Assembly: GCA_016187035.1 (NCBI GenBank)
Contig: JACPKL010000005.1
Coordinates: 7,150-71,149 of the forward strand
Direction of reading: 5' to 3'
DNA length: 64,000 nucleotides
From: Candidatus Daviesbacteria bacterium
GTDB lineage: Bacteria > Patescibacteriota > Microgenomatia > Daviesbacterales > UBA10151
Under the pieces are notes generated by a model that saw only the letters and a program-made list of their open reading frames with translations, did no database searches and was not told the origin of the DNA. Positions 27,741-38,141 of the stretch are shown piece by piece. How positions within the stretch are numbered: position 1 is the first letter of the stretch; each line of letters begins with the position of its first letter. Made by a program: the position numbers and the translations under genes.

Positions 27741-27793
27741 TCATCTGTTAAAAAAATTGGCTTAAATATATCTTTAAAAAATAACTTTTAGCT

Positions 27794-28774
27794 TTATTGT
27801 GAAGTTGGAGTCTGTTGATTTCTCTGTCTTAATCTATCTATAACTGACGATCCTGTTGCTTGTTGGGTAGGCGTTGAACCGTTTTGTAACTGCCCAAAAT
27901 TAGCTGAAGGTGTAGCTGCAGCAGGGTTTGAGTTAGGTGTAGGATTAACTTGAGAAGGTATAGGCGGTGGAGTTTTTACTGATGTTTTTGTAACCTGAGC
28001 AGGCAGAGAAGTGGTATCTTTGCTTGGTTGTCCAATGCCTAAAATAAAGTAAGCTGAAGCTCCTGCTACAATGATTAGTAATCCAATACCTACGCCTATA
28101 GACCATTTAGGAAGTCCTTTTTGTTCTCCTAAGGGCGTGGTAGGTACATCAGGAGTAGGAGGTGATGCAGGTAGCACTAATGTTCCTGCTGCGCTAGAAG
28201 GGTTCAAATTATTTTGAGCAGGTTCAGTATGAGAATTGTTGTTACTAATTAGATGAGAAAGGTCTGTTGGAGCTGATTCCATTTGAGCAGGTTCAGTTTG
28301 TCCGTTCACTTGAGGTGTTAAGTCTTCAGGGCTGACTGATAAAGTAGATTGGAGGGGTGGAGTAGATATTGGTTCAGCATCAGATGGATTAGGTACCCAA
28401 GTGGGTTGGGGATTTTGATTAGATCCATCAATAGGTGGAGGTTGGATAGGTGCATTCCAAGGGTTATCCAGAGGAGAGATAGTTACAGTAGGGTCTGATG
28501 GTTGAGGGTTAATATTTGATTGTGTTGGGATTGAGGTTAGTTGATCTCCGGATGACAGCGGATTTACAGGAAGAGGATCTCCATTAACAGCAGCAGGAGC
28601 AGCCGATAAAGGTGGAGTTTGTATAGAGGAAGCTGGGTTTTGAGAGGGAAATAGATTTGTGGGAGTAGAAGGATTAACAACTTGAGAAGGATCTAGAGAC
28701 GGAGAGGCTGGAGTAGGATTAGGAAAAGGGGGAGCTGAATTATTTGGTAAACTCTGATTATTAGAATTATCCAT
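27794..28774 (-). CDS. Pro/Ser/Thr/Asn/Gln-rich low-complexity protein with a single TM helix
   Basis: 326 aa, almost entirely P/S/T/N/Q, with WSIGVGIGLLIIVAGASAYFILGI near residue 225. Confidence 0.6.
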   Translation of the reverse strand: MDNSNNQSLPNNSAPPFPNPTPASPSLDPSQVVNPSTPTNLFPSQNPASSIQTPPLSAAPAAVNGDPLPVNPLSSGDQLTSIPTQSNINPQPSDPTVTISPLDNPWNAPIQPPPIDGSNQNPQPTWVPNPSDAEPISTPPLQSTLSVSPEDLTPQVNGQTEPAQMESAPTDLSHLISNNNSHTEPAQNNLNPSSAAGTLVLPASPPTPDVPTTPLGEQKGLPKWSIGVGIGLLIIVAGASAYFILGIGQPSKDTTSLPAQVTKTSVKTPPPIPSQVNPTPNSNPAAATPSANFGQLQNGSTPTQQATGSSVIDRLRQRNQQTPTSQ

Positions 28775-28858
28775 AGGACAGATCTTTAATTATAGTTTAG
28801 TGTAGTAAAGGAGAAGGGTAGTTGTCAATGATTAATTCAGGTATAATTAGTTAAAATT

Positions 28859-31585
28859 ATGTTAGGATTTTTAGGAAAACTGTTAGATTCAAATGAAAGA
28901 GAGGTAAATAAACTTAAATCTCTTGTTGAAATTATTAACGGTTTTGAAAAAAAAGTCTCCAAATTAACCGATAAACAACTTAAGGGTAAATTCGCTGAAT
29001 TTAAGCTGGAACATGAACGAGGAAAGGGTTTAGATGAGCTTTTACCGGAAGTTTTTGCTTGTGTTCGTGAATCTGCTAAACGGAATTTAAAACAACGCCA
29101 TTTTGATGTTCAGCTTTTGGCAGCTATTGTTTTACATCAGGGCAAAATCGCTGAGCAAAGAACTGGTGAAGGAAAAACTTTATCAGCTACTCCGGCATTA
29201 TTTTTAAATGCTATAGCAGGAAAAGGGGTACACTTGGTGACTGTCAATGATTACTTAGCTATGAGAGATTGTGGTTGGATGGGGCCGATCTTTTATGCTT
29301 TGGGTGTAAGTTGTGCAACCATTGTGCATGATACTGCTTATATTTATGATCCAAAATATAGATCAGAAGGACATGATGATAAGAGGCTTCAACATTTAAA
29401 GCCTGTTTCCAGAAAAGAAGCTTATCAGGCAGATATTACTTATGGTACTAATAATGAATTTGGTTTTGATTATCTTCGGGACAATATGGTATTTAGATTA
29501 TCAGATCAAAGTCAAAGAGGACATTTTTTTGCTATAGTTGATGAGGTTGATTCTATTTTAGTTGATGAGGCAAGGACTCCTTTAATTATTTCTCAACCAG
29601 CCCAAGAGGCTACTGAAAAGTATCTTGAATTTGCCAAAATCATTGATACTTTATCTCCATCTGATTACGCTGTAGATGAAAAGCTCAGGACTGCTCACTT
29701 AACTGAACATGGAACTTTAAAAATAGAAAAAATGTTAAAGGTAGATAATTTATATGAAAAAGACTTTTCTACTCTTCACCATTTAGAGGAGGCCCTTAAA
29801 GCAAAAACTTTATTTCAAAAGGATAAAGATTATGTAGTCCGTGATGGTGAAGTTATTATAGTTGATGAGTTTACAGGAAGGTTGATGTTGGGCAGGCGTT
29901 ATTCTGAGGGGTTACATCAGGCAATTGAAGCAAAAGAAGGAGTAGCAATTCAACAAGAGTCTCAAACTTTAGCAACAATCTCTTTCCAAAATTACTTTAG
30001 GATGTATGAAAAATTAGCAGGAATGACAGGTACTGCTGTAACTGAGGCAGAAGAATTTCATAAGATATATCAGCTTGGTGTGATAGTTATTCCCACTAAT
30101 AACCCAATGATTAGAGAGGATCATCAAGACGCGATTTATAAAACTCAAGCTGCTAAATATACAGCTACAGCTAATTTAGTTTCAGAGCTACACAAAAAAG
30201 GGCAACCAGTTCTAGTAGGTACTACCTCGATTGAGAAAAATGAATTTTTATCTGAACTGCTAAAGAAAAAAGGGATTTCCCATGCCCTTCTTAATGCTAA
30301 AAATCATGAGAAAGAAGCAGAGATTATTGCAAAGGCAGGAGAAAAAGGAGCTGTCACTGTGGCAACTAATATGGCAGGTAGAGGTGTTGATATTGTTTTA
30401 GGAAAAGGTGTTGATAAGCTCGGCGGGTTGTATGTGGTTGGTACGGAAAGGCATGAATCAAGAAGAATTGATAATCAATTGAGAGGTAGGTCTGGCAGAC
30501 AAGGGGATTCAGGAGAAACCAGGTTTTTTGTATCTTTGGAAGATGATCTAATGAGAATCTTTGGTGGTGAACAAGTCTCAAAGGTCATGGATTTTCTTAA
30601 GATGCCAGAGGATGTACCAATTGAACATGGGTTGGTATCAAAAGCAATTGAGGGAGCCCAGAAAAAAGTTGAAGGGCACAATTTTGATATCAGAAAACAC
30701 ACTGTGGAATATGACGATGTGATGAATCAGCAAAGACAGATTATTTATCAGGTTAGGAAAAAAGTTTTAGAGACTGCGGAAAATAAAGATGTTGCCTTGA
30801 AGAAGGAAATTTTAGAAAAGATTGAAAAAGAATTATTAAGCATAGTAACTATTTACTCTGAAGCTGAAGAAGGAATAAACTACCAAAAAATATCAGAAGA
30901 ATTTTCAGTCATTGTTCCACTGGATGAAAATAGTCTAAAAGATATCACAAAACAAATATCTAGTTTTGCAACAGTAGATGAGATAACAAACTTTTTAGTG
31001 AAATTAGCAAATCACTTTTATGACAGCAGGGAAAAAACAGTTGGGGAGGAGACAGCAAGACAGATGGAGGTATTTGTTTACCTTAATACTATAGATACTT
31101 TATGGATTGAGCATCTAGATACTATGGATGATTTACGATCCGGCATAGGGCTCCGGGGTTATGCTCAAAGGGATCCTTTAATTGAATATAAAAGAGAAGG
31201 ATTTGATTTATTTGAGAAGTTGGTGGTTGAGATAGATTATGAAATAGTTCATCGGATTTTTAAAGTAGCAGTGCAAGGCGAAGCTCCCAGTATAGCAAGA
31301 AGTGAGCCTATTAGAATAGATCAGGCAGTTGAGGTCAGACCTAAGGTAGATATAAGTTATGAGCAAGAAAGCGCAGACGAAAGACCTTCCAGAGTATCAG
31401 AGTATCAAAGTATCGGTGAGTCAGAGGGAGTAACTAAGGTAAAGATAGAAAAGGATGGAGTGGTTTCTGAACAAGTTTATGGTTCTTCAGGCCAGCTTAA
31501 TAAACCTCATGGAAAAATAGGCAGAAACGATCCCTGTCATTGTGGAAGTGGAAAGAAATATAAGAAATGTCATTACCCAAATTAA
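28859..31585 (+). CDS. secA: Preprotein translocase ATPase SecA
   Basis: 908 aa. DEAD-like motor, DEVDSILVDEARTPLIIS, C-terminal zinc finger CHCGSGKKYKKCH. Confidence 0.97.
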   Translation: MLGFLGKLLDSNEREVNKLKSLVEIINGFEKKVSKLTDKQLKGKFAEFKLEHERGKGLDELLPEVFACVRESAKRNLKQRHFDVQLLAAIVLHQGKIAEQRTGEGKTLSATPALFLNAIAGKGVHLVTVNDYLAMRDCGWMGPIFYALGVSCATIVHDTAYIYDPKYRSEGHDDKRLQHLKPVSRKEAYQADITYGTNNEFGFDYLRDNMVFRLSDQSQRGHFFAIVDEVDSILVDEARTPLIISQPAQEATEKYLEFAKIIDTLSPSDYAVDEKLRTAHLTEHGTLKIEKMLKVDNLYEKDFSTLHHLEEALKAKTLFQKDKDYVVRDGEVIIVDEFTGRLMLGRRYSEGLHQAIEAKEGVAIQQESQTLATISFQNYFRMYEKLAGMTGTAVTEAEEFHKIYQLGVIVIPTNNPMIREDHQDAIYKTQAAKYTATANLVSELHKKGQPVLVGTTSIEKNEFLSELLKKKGISHALLNAKNHEKEAEIIAKAGEKGAVTVATNMAGRGVDIVLGKGVDKLGGLYVVGTERHESRRIDNQLRGRSGRQGDSGETRFFVSLEDDLMRIFGGEQVSKVMDFLKMPEDVPIEHGLVSKAIEGAQKKVEGHNFDIRKHTVEYDDVMNQQRQIIYQVRKKVLETAENKDVALKKEILEKIEKELLSIVTIYSEAEEGINYQKISEEFSVIVPLDENSLKDITKQISSFATVDEITNFLVKLANHFYDSREKTVGEETARQMEVFVYLNTIDTLWIEHLDTMDDLRSGIGLRGYAQRDPLIEYKREGFDLFEKLVVEIDYEIVHRIFKVAVQGEAPSIARSEPIRIDQAVEVRPKVDISYEQESADERPSRVSEYQSIGESEGVTKVKIEKDGVVSEQVYGSSGQLNKPHGKIGRNDPCHCGSGKKYKKCHYPN

Positions 31586-32445
31586 AATGTCAAAATAATG
31601 TCATAGCAGTTAATGAGTTAACCAAAAAGCAAGTTATTGGAAAGTTACCCAAAAGACCAAGGGATGCAAATAAAGGGACTTTTGGTAAAGTTTTAGTATT
31701 TGCTGGATCAGAAAATTACCCTGGGGCAGCATATCTTGCTTGTGAAGCTGTTTATAGAGTAGGCGCAGGATTAGTCACTTTAGCAACTATCCCTGAAGTA
31801 AAGATAATTGTTTCAAGGAAACTTCCAGAGGTAACTTTTTTATCATCTTCAGAAAGCTTCAAAAAACTAAAAGAATTTGATGTAGTTTTATTAGGTCCTG
31901 GTTTAGGACAAAGTAAACAATCAATAAACTTAATATACAGACTATTAAAAGAAAAATTACCAAAAATCATTATAGATGGTGATGGATTAAATCTTTTATC
32001 AAGGATAGAAAAATGGTGGGATAAATTAGGTGATGAAACTATATTAACACCACATCCAGGCGAGATGTTTAGATTAACTGGATTATCTATAGAGCAAATT
32101 CAATCAGATAGGGAAAATATTGCCAAACAATTTGCCAAAAAGTGGAATAAAATCATAGTTTTAAAAGGGGCAAATACAGTGATAGTCTCCCCCGGCAGGG
32201 GAGTAACAGTCGCTCCATTTGCTAATCCTTTACTTGCTACTGCCGGTACGGGAGATGTCTTAAGCGGAGCAATTGCCGGGTTTACCGCACAAGGACTAAA
32301 ACTGCTTGATGCGGCAGCTTGTGGAGTTTACATTCATGGATTAGCAGGTGAAACATTAAAAGAAAGATTTGGTAACACAGGACTACTTGCAAGTGATTTG
32401 TTATTAGTTTTACCTAAAGTGATTAAACAATTATCTTCATATTAA
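31567..32445 (+). CDS. nnrD: ADP-dependent NAD(P)H-hydrate dehydratase (YjeF C-terminal type)
   Basis: GPGLG, TPHPGE and GTGDVLSG motifs. Confidence 0.85.
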   Translation: MSLPKLKCQNNVIAVNELTKKQVIGKLPKRPRDANKGTFGKVLVFAGSENYPGAAYLACEAVYRVGAGLVTLATIPEVKIIVSRKLPEVTFLSSSESFKKLKEFDVVLLGPGLGQSKQSINLIYRLLKEKLPKIIIDGDGLNLLSRIEKWWDKLGDETILTPHPGEMFRLTGLSIEQIQSDRENIAKQFAKKWNKIIVLKGANTVIVSPGRGVTVAPFANPLLATAGTGDVLSGAIAGFTAQGLKLLDAAACGVYIHGLAGETLKERFGNTGLLASDLLLVLPKVIKQLSSY

Positions 32446-32447
32446 AG

Positions 32448-32500
32448 ATATTAATATTAAATATTAATATATTGACAATTATATTAATAATTGCTAATTT
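32448..32500 (+). promoter_or_regulatory. glnA promoter region with three copies of palindrome ATATTAATA(T)
   Basis: ATATTAATAT at 32448 and 32461, ATATTAATA at 32481. TTGACA (32472-32477), 17-nt spacer, TAATTT (32495-32500). Confidence 0.4.
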
Positions 32501-32527
32501 AAATCTTAATAATTCGATATATAAATT

Positions 32528-33967
32528 ATGCAAGATACTAATCCTCCATTAAAAAACTTCCTTGAAATTCCCTATGATGAACTGGCAGAGATGAATCTTA
32601 AGGCTAAAGAAAAACAACAGACAATTAGTCCTAAAGTATTGGAAGAGGAATATAGATTATATCTTAAGAAAGAGAAAAAATTAAAAGCTGTGACTTTGTG
32701 TTTCACTGACATTGAAGGAAGATTCCATATGCTGGATTATGACAAAAAATATCTTTTAGAATCTGCCGCTAACTTAACCTTTGATGGTTCATCAATCAGA
32801 GGATTTACAGCATTACATGAATCAGACTTAAGGCTTGAAGTAGATTGGTCTTCGATTATGTGGTTGCCTTCAGATGTATTTGGCTCTGGTAAGGTGATTA
32901 TGTTTGCAGATGTTTTGGACAAAGACAGAAGCCCTTATATCTCAGACTTTAGGAGCCAGTTAAAGCTTTATACTACAAAATTAAAAGAAAAGGATGGAAT
33001 ACAAGCTTTTACCGCAACAGAAACAGAAGGATTTTTAGTCGAGGGTGTAGATGCTGAACAAAAGTATACAGAAGAGGTAGGATTTACCTTGATTTCCATT
33101 GGAGGGTATTATCATTCATTGCCTCTTGATAAGTTAAGAAGATTTATTGATGCTGCAGCAGAAGCCCAGCGGGCAATGGGTTTTAGAAATGAAAAAGATC
33201 ATCCAGAAGTTGCACCTTCTCAATTTGAACTTAATTTTGGATATACAGAAGTGATTAGAGCATGTGATCAAATTCAGCTTTACAAATTAGTGTGCAGGCA
33301 GGTAGCTGATAATATGGGGATGACAGCCACTTTTTTACCCAAACCCATTGCTAATATTAATGGTTCTGGGATGCATGTTAATTTTTCTTTAGGAAAATTC
33401 GGCAAAAATATTTTCTATGATAAAAATGGACAAGATGGATTATCCAAAGAAGCGTGGGAATTTTTATTAAAAATTTTAAATCATGCTCCAGAAATCTGTT
33501 TAGCTTTGAATTCTTCAGTTAATGCTTATAGAAGATTAGATCCGCATTTTGAAGCGCCTAATCAAATAAAAGTTACCCCAAATGACAGGGGTTCTATGAT
33601 TAGAATTCCTACAGGTAATGAAAAAACTGCCAGGGTTGAAATTCGCTCAGTTGCTCCAGACTCTAATCCTTATCTTGCTCTTTATACAATCCTAAGAACT
33701 GGTTTGGAAGGGAAAAGGTTAAATCATCCAGCTAATAGAAGAGAGCGATTGAGATTTTTGCCCGGGACTATTCATGATGCTGTCAGGCTTTTTAAGACTA
33801 GTGATTTTATCTCTAAAATATTGGGAGAAGAAAATAAACAAAAATATCTTTTCTATAAAGAAGCAGTTGTTGATAGAAGTCCAAAAGAATTAGGTAAAAA
33901 AGTTAAGATGGGAGAAATTATTTATCACCATGAGGTAACAAATCAGGTTCTTTGGAATAACTTTTAA
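32528..33967 (+). CDS. glnA: Glutamine synthetase
   Basis: FDGSSIRGF, EVAPSQFELNF, GSGMHVNFSL, NAYRRL. 479 aa. Confidence 0.9.
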   Translation: MQDTNPPLKNFLEIPYDELAEMNLKAKEKQQTISPKVLEEEYRLYLKKEKKLKAVTLCFTDIEGRFHMLDYDKKYLLESAANLTFDGSSIRGFTALHESDLRLEVDWSSIMWLPSDVFGSGKVIMFADVLDKDRSPYISDFRSQLKLYTTKLKEKDGIQAFTATETEGFLVEGVDAEQKYTEEVGFTLISIGGYYHSLPLDKLRRFIDAAAEAQRAMGFRNEKDHPEVAPSQFELNFGYTEVIRACDQIQLYKLVCRQVADNMGMTATFLPKPIANINGSGMHVNFSLGKFGKNIFYDKNGQDGLSKEAWEFLLKILNHAPEICLALNSSVNAYRRLDPHFEAPNQIKVTPNDRGSMIRIPTGNEKTARVEIRSVAPDSNPYLALYTILRTGLEGKRLNHPANRRERLRFLPGTIHDAVRLFKTSDFISKILGEENKQKYLFYKEAVVDRSPKELGKKVKMGEIIYHHEVTNQVLWNNF

Positions 33968-35439
33968 TCTACATATCCTAGCATTGGATCGGTTAAATTA
34001 GTATTTGGAGTTTGGCAGCTTTTATTAATAACATCTTTAGGGGGAATATTAGTAGGTGGTATAATTCCAATGTGGCCGTACTTAACTTTCACTTCTTTCA
34101 AAGATAATTCATCAGGAATAACTATATTGTAAACTGGCACATTTAAAGAAGGATGGACTAAATGTTGGTTTTTTAAATAAAAAAAATAGCGAAAACCAGT
34201 ATTTTCTCCTGGAGCTGTAATATAAGAAATACCAATACAAGGGAAATCTTTTTGTTTGGCATCATTAACTATAAATTCCACAACACCTTTTCTTTCCTGG
34301 TAATCCTTTTTATAAATGTAATCTTGCGTAAAGTGATACAAGTTTTTAACAAACAGACTGCTTAAAGTGAAGACTACCAATATTTTTCCAAACTTACTTT
34401 TTATCAGTAGACTGAATATTAAACTAACAAGAGCTACAAATATAATTTCAATGTCATAAATATAATATTCAGAAACTAGGGAAGAAGACAAAGTGAAAAA
34501 ACTAATAACCCCCACTATTAAAGCAAGCAGAGGGATAATTTCTTTTTTGGTGAGGACTTTTTTCTTTATTAACAAACAACTTGAAGCCAATATGGCTAAA
34601 ACAAAAAAAGGTTTTAGCGGGTTTGGTAAAGAATAAGGGGAAAGGAATAAACTGTTAACATTTTTTGAAACTAAGTTGAGCATATAAATTAATTTTGATA
34701 TTCCTACTTCTCCACCATGGTTAGAGGTGAAATTTTCAGCTAAAGCACGGATTTGAATAAACTGGTGTCTTATTTCAAAAATCATTAGAGGTAGATTGGT
34801 AACCAATAGGACAATTAAAAAACCGATAAGATGTTTTACTTTAGGTATTTTTTTAGAAACTAAAAAAGCAAAAGGTATTGCGAATAAAGTTGGAAGTAAG
34901 GCTATATGAATATGCCAGATTAAACCAATTAGGATTCCTAAGAAAGGCAACACAAAAAAATTGCCTCTCGCGATTTGAATAATTATATAAAAATACCAAA
35001 CAACCCAAAGATCAGTAGGAGTTGAGGGAACAATTCTTCTGTCAAAACCTACCCATGTTAGTAAAATAGCATGCAAAAAAGAAGCTATTAATCCAGTATT
35101 TTTATTGAATAGTTTTGAAAAAACAAAATAATAGCTGAAAGTTGTAATTATCCCAATTACTGTAACAGGGATTAAAGCACCTACAGGATCCATCTTGGAC
35201 AGAAGGAAAAAGGGGACTAGCAAATAATAAAATAATGGTCCAATAAAAATACCCTCAGCAGAAGTCAGTTGTCCAATCAGTCTAGGGTGGTGATTAATTA
35301 GTATGTCTTTGACGATCCAGGAAAATAGTTCAGCATCATGGCCGTAACCATACCTCTCGATTATCTGATAAGTTCTGAAAAAAATACTAATTAGAAGAAT
35401 TATGGGAAGGGCTAAAATAACAATATTTAATCTACGCAC
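33964..35439 (-). CDS. GT-C-type polytopic membrane glycosyltransferase-like protein
   Basis: 491 aa, more than 10 TM helices. First-loop acidic motif YGHDAELFSWIVKDIL, C-terminal soluble domain. Confidence 0.6.
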   Translation of the reverse strand: MRRLNIVILALPIILLISIFFRTYQIIERYGYGHDAELFSWIVKDILINHHPRLIGQLTSAEGIFIGPLFYYLLVPFFLLSKMDPVGALIPVTVIGIITTFSYYFVFSKLFNKNTGLIASFLHAILLTWVGFDRRIVPSTPTDLWVVWYFYIIIQIARGNFFVLPFLGILIGLIWHIHIALLPTLFAIPFAFLVSKKIPKVKHLIGFLIVLLVTNLPLMIFEIRHQFIQIRALAENFTSNHGGEVGISKLIYMLNLVSKNVNSLFLSPYSLPNPLKPFFVLAILASSCLLIKKKVLTKKEIIPLLALIVGVISFFTLSSSLVSEYYIYDIEIIFVALVSLIFSLLIKSKFGKILVVFTLSSLFVKNLYHFTQDYIYKKDYQERKGVVEFIVNDAKQKDFPCIGISYITAPGENTGFRYFFYLKNQHLVHPSLNVPVYNIVIPDELSLKEVKVKYGHIGIIPPTNIPPKDVINKSCQTPNTNLTDPMLGYVD

Positions 35440-35501
35440 TTATATGATGTTAACAGCATATAATTGAATGTGCAATTAGAGAATGTTAAACTACAAAATC
35501 T

Positions 35502-36257
35502 ATGATAGTTAAAGCTATAAAATCTCGCAAATTTTTACCTCCTAAAGATGATCTTTGGGATCTTTTATCATCAATTAAGGTGTTAGATGAGAATTCAGTT
35601 ATAGCAGTGACTTCTAAAGTGGTGTCAATTGGTGAAGGTAGGTGTATTCCAATTGATCAGGTAACTAAGGATGAGGTTGCCATCAAAGAAGCTGATAAAT
35701 ATTTACCTAGAGAGTTTTCTCCTAATGGGCGGATTTTACATACCATAAAAAATAATATGCTGGTTGCTTCATCTGGAGTTGATGAAAGCAATGGAGATGG
35801 TTTTTATATTCTTTGGCCAAAAGATCCATTGCTTTCTGCTAAAAAAATCTGGTATTTTTTACGGAGGAAATTTAAGATTAAAAATTTGGGAATAATTATT
35901 ACTGATTCCAGACTTGTACCCCTTAGGCGTGGGGTAGTAGGGATTGCAATTGCTTATTTTGGATTTAAACCGTTAAAAGATTACCGCGGGAAACTGGATT
36001 TATTTGGTAGAGAGTTTAAGATAGAAACGTCAAACTTACCTGATAGTTTAGCAACAGCTGCAGTAATAGTGATGGGTGAGGGTTGTGAGACACAACCGAT
36101 AGCAATAATCAAAGATATTCCTGATTTGGAATTTATTCAGAGAGAATTTAACCCAAAATCTTTAAATGATTCTTTTGAAATAGCTGAAAAAGAAGATATG
36201 TTTTATCCTTTTTTATCATCAGTTGCTTGGAAAAAAGGTGAAGGAGGCAACAGATAG
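35502..36257 (+). CDS. CofE-family gamma-glutamyl ligase-like protein
   Basis: IAVTSKVVSIGEGR, SSGVDESN, IIITDSRLVPLRRGVVGIAIAYFGF. 251 aa. Confidence 0.65.
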   Translation: MIVKAIKSRKFLPPKDDLWDLLSSIKVLDENSVIAVTSKVVSIGEGRCIPIDQVTKDEVAIKEADKYLPREFSPNGRILHTIKNNMLVASSGVDESNGDGFYILWPKDPLLSAKKIWYFLRRKFKIKNLGIIITDSRLVPLRRGVVGIAIAYFGFKPLKDYRGKLDLFGREFKIETSNLPDSLATAAVIVMGEGCETQPIAIIKDIPDLEFIQREFNPKSLNDSFEIAEKEDMFYPFLSSVAWKKGEGGNR

Positions 36258-36259
36258 AC

Positions 36260-37180
36260 TTAGGATTTAAGAGATTTAAAAAATTCTATTGTTTTTCTTA
36301 AACCTTCATCTAAGTCGACTTTTGCTTGCCACCCGAATTGTTGTTTTATTTTTTCTGACGAGGCAACCAAAGAAGGTACATCTCCTTTTCTTTCTCCTTT
36401 GTCTTCAATAGGCACCTCATATCCAACGATTTCAAAAATCTTTTTTACTACATCAATAACTTCAGTTCCAGTTTGAGTACCAACATTATATATATGAAGT
36501 CCGCTTTGGGATAAGGGTAAGGTATGTGCAAAAGCTAGATCATCAATATAAATAAAATCTCTTATTTGATTGCCTTTCCAATACAGAGGGATTGATTTTT
36601 TCTCTAAAACTGCTTTAATGAAATTAGGAATAGCATGTGTTTCTGGAGTGTGTAATTCATTAGGACCATAAGGGTTAAAATAACGCAAGATTGAAACATC
36701 AAAATTGTAAAGTTTATTATAAAGAATACAAAATTGCTCCATAGAGACTTTGGTTAGTCCATAAGGATTTTCTTGTTCTCCTAAGATATCCTCCTCTGTG
36801 ATAGGCAATTTTTTAGGCCTACCATAAACACAGGCACTTGATGAAAAAATTATCTTTTTGACTGCTGCCTTCCGCATAGCCTCTAAGAGTTTGACTGTAC
36901 CAACTATATTATTCTCAGAGAATTCGACTGCTTTTTTGACAGATTCCCCTACCTCAATAAAAGAAGCCATATGAATTACTGCATCATGTCCGTGTAAAGT
37001 ATCTTCAATTTTAGATTGATCTAACAAGTCTGCCTGTATAAAGTTTACGGCCGGATTTAATAAGTTTTTGTGTCCGTGCGATAAATTATCTACTACAGTT
37101 ATTTGATGATTCTGCTCAAGTAATATATCGCAAACATGAGATCCGATAAAACCAGCTCCCCCTGTGACAAGTATTTTCAT
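36260..37180 (-). CDS. galE: NAD-dependent sugar epimerase (UDP-glucose 4-epimerase-like)
   Basis: ILVTGGAGFIGSH, YGLTK (YxxxK). 306 aa. Confidence 0.8.
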   Translation of the reverse strand: MKILVTGGAGFIGSHVCDILLEQNHQITVVDNLSHGHKNLLNPAVNFIQADLLDQSKIEDTLHGHDAVIHMASFIEVGESVKKAVEFSENNIVGTVKLLEAMRKAAVKKIIFSSSACVYGRPKKLPITEEDILGEQENPYGLTKVSMEQFCILYNKLYNFDVSILRYFNPYGPNELHTPETHAIPNFIKAVLEKKSIPLYWKGNQIRDFIYIDDLAFAHTLPLSQSGLHIYNVGTQTGTEVIDVVKKIFEIVGYEVPIEDKGERKGDVPSLVASSEKIKQQFGWQAKVDLDEGLRKTIEFFKSLKS

Positions 37181-37211
37181 ACGAAGTTTATTCTAACATA
37201 TAATTTAATTA

Positions 37212-38141
37212 TTATTTTATTGCGTGGTAGTAAATCTGGTGCAAAAAGCGTGAGACATCCCAAGAAATTAAGAGGAAAATAATAAAGAAAACAAGATATC
37301 GAAGACAGGGTTGTTTTATCCTTTTGGAAATCCAAGCAAAGCAAAAATAGAAACCAACACCGCTTATGATAATTAATGGAATTACCATACTATATGAGGT
37401 AAGGGAGATTTGTAAATTATTTGATAAAGCTGTAGGTATTGGGGCAATTAGCAACCAAATTATAATTGGTTTATAGTCATTAGATGTTTTTATAATATAA
37501 ACTAATCCTAAAGATATTAAGATAGAATCGAATAAATACATCAGTCCCATTTCGGAAATTCTATTTTTTTGATAAAGATCTCCATCAAGGAATAAAGTTT
37601 GGAAGGAGAAATGATTGGAATAATTATTGAAGACAACATTAATGTAATTTGTTAATTTATTATGAGAAACTCTTAGTATTAAACTGCTTGAACCGTGTTC
37701 TCTTATCTGCTCATCTGTTAACCAAACAAGTTGTGGATTTTGAAATATACTCCTGTATGTAGTTTGCATAAAATTAGATGGAAATAAAATGAAAAGAATA
37801 CAAATTGAAATACTTACAAAAAAGATAATAGAATTCTGATATAAGTATTTTATTAAGAGAGTCATGATTATAAGGACAATAATTAACATTAGATTAACTG
37901 CAAATCCTTCTTTTGATAAAAAAATATGCCAGGGAGAAATTGAGAGGAATAAGGTTGAGAAAAGATGAATTAAGGTCCTTTGTTTAAATATTGTGTTTAT
38001 AAATAACCAAAATAAGACAATTGAAACAATATTTAAAGAAAAAGATGAGATATTAATAACCGGATCAATTTGAAGAAGGTAATATAATCTTATTAATACT
38101 GATATTAAGAGAATAATTAATATTAAGAAAATCTTTTTCAT
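37212..38141 (-). CDS. Polytopic membrane protein related to the core of the adjacent GT39-like enzyme but lacking its N-terminal catalytic loop
   Basis: SISPWHIFLSKEGFAVNLML parallels AFSPSQIIFSRGAWEANTSL in the 38138-39718 protein. 309 aa. 4-nt overlap with the upstream gene. Confidence 0.5.
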   Translation of the reverse strand: MKKIFLILIILLISVLIRLYYLLQIDPVINISSFSLNIVSIVLFWLFINTIFKQRTLIHLFSTLFLSISPWHIFLSKEGFAVNLMLIIVLIIMTLLIKYLYQNSIIFFVSISICILFILFPSNFMQTTYRSIFQNPQLVWLTDEQIREHGSSSLILRVSHNKLTNYINVVFNNYSNHFSFQTLFLDGDLYQKNRISEMGLMYLFDSILISLGLVYIIKTSNDYKPIIIWLLIAPIPTALSNNLQISLTSYSMVIPLIIISGVGFYFCFAWISKRIKQPCLRYLVFFIIFLLISWDVSRFLHQIYYHAIK

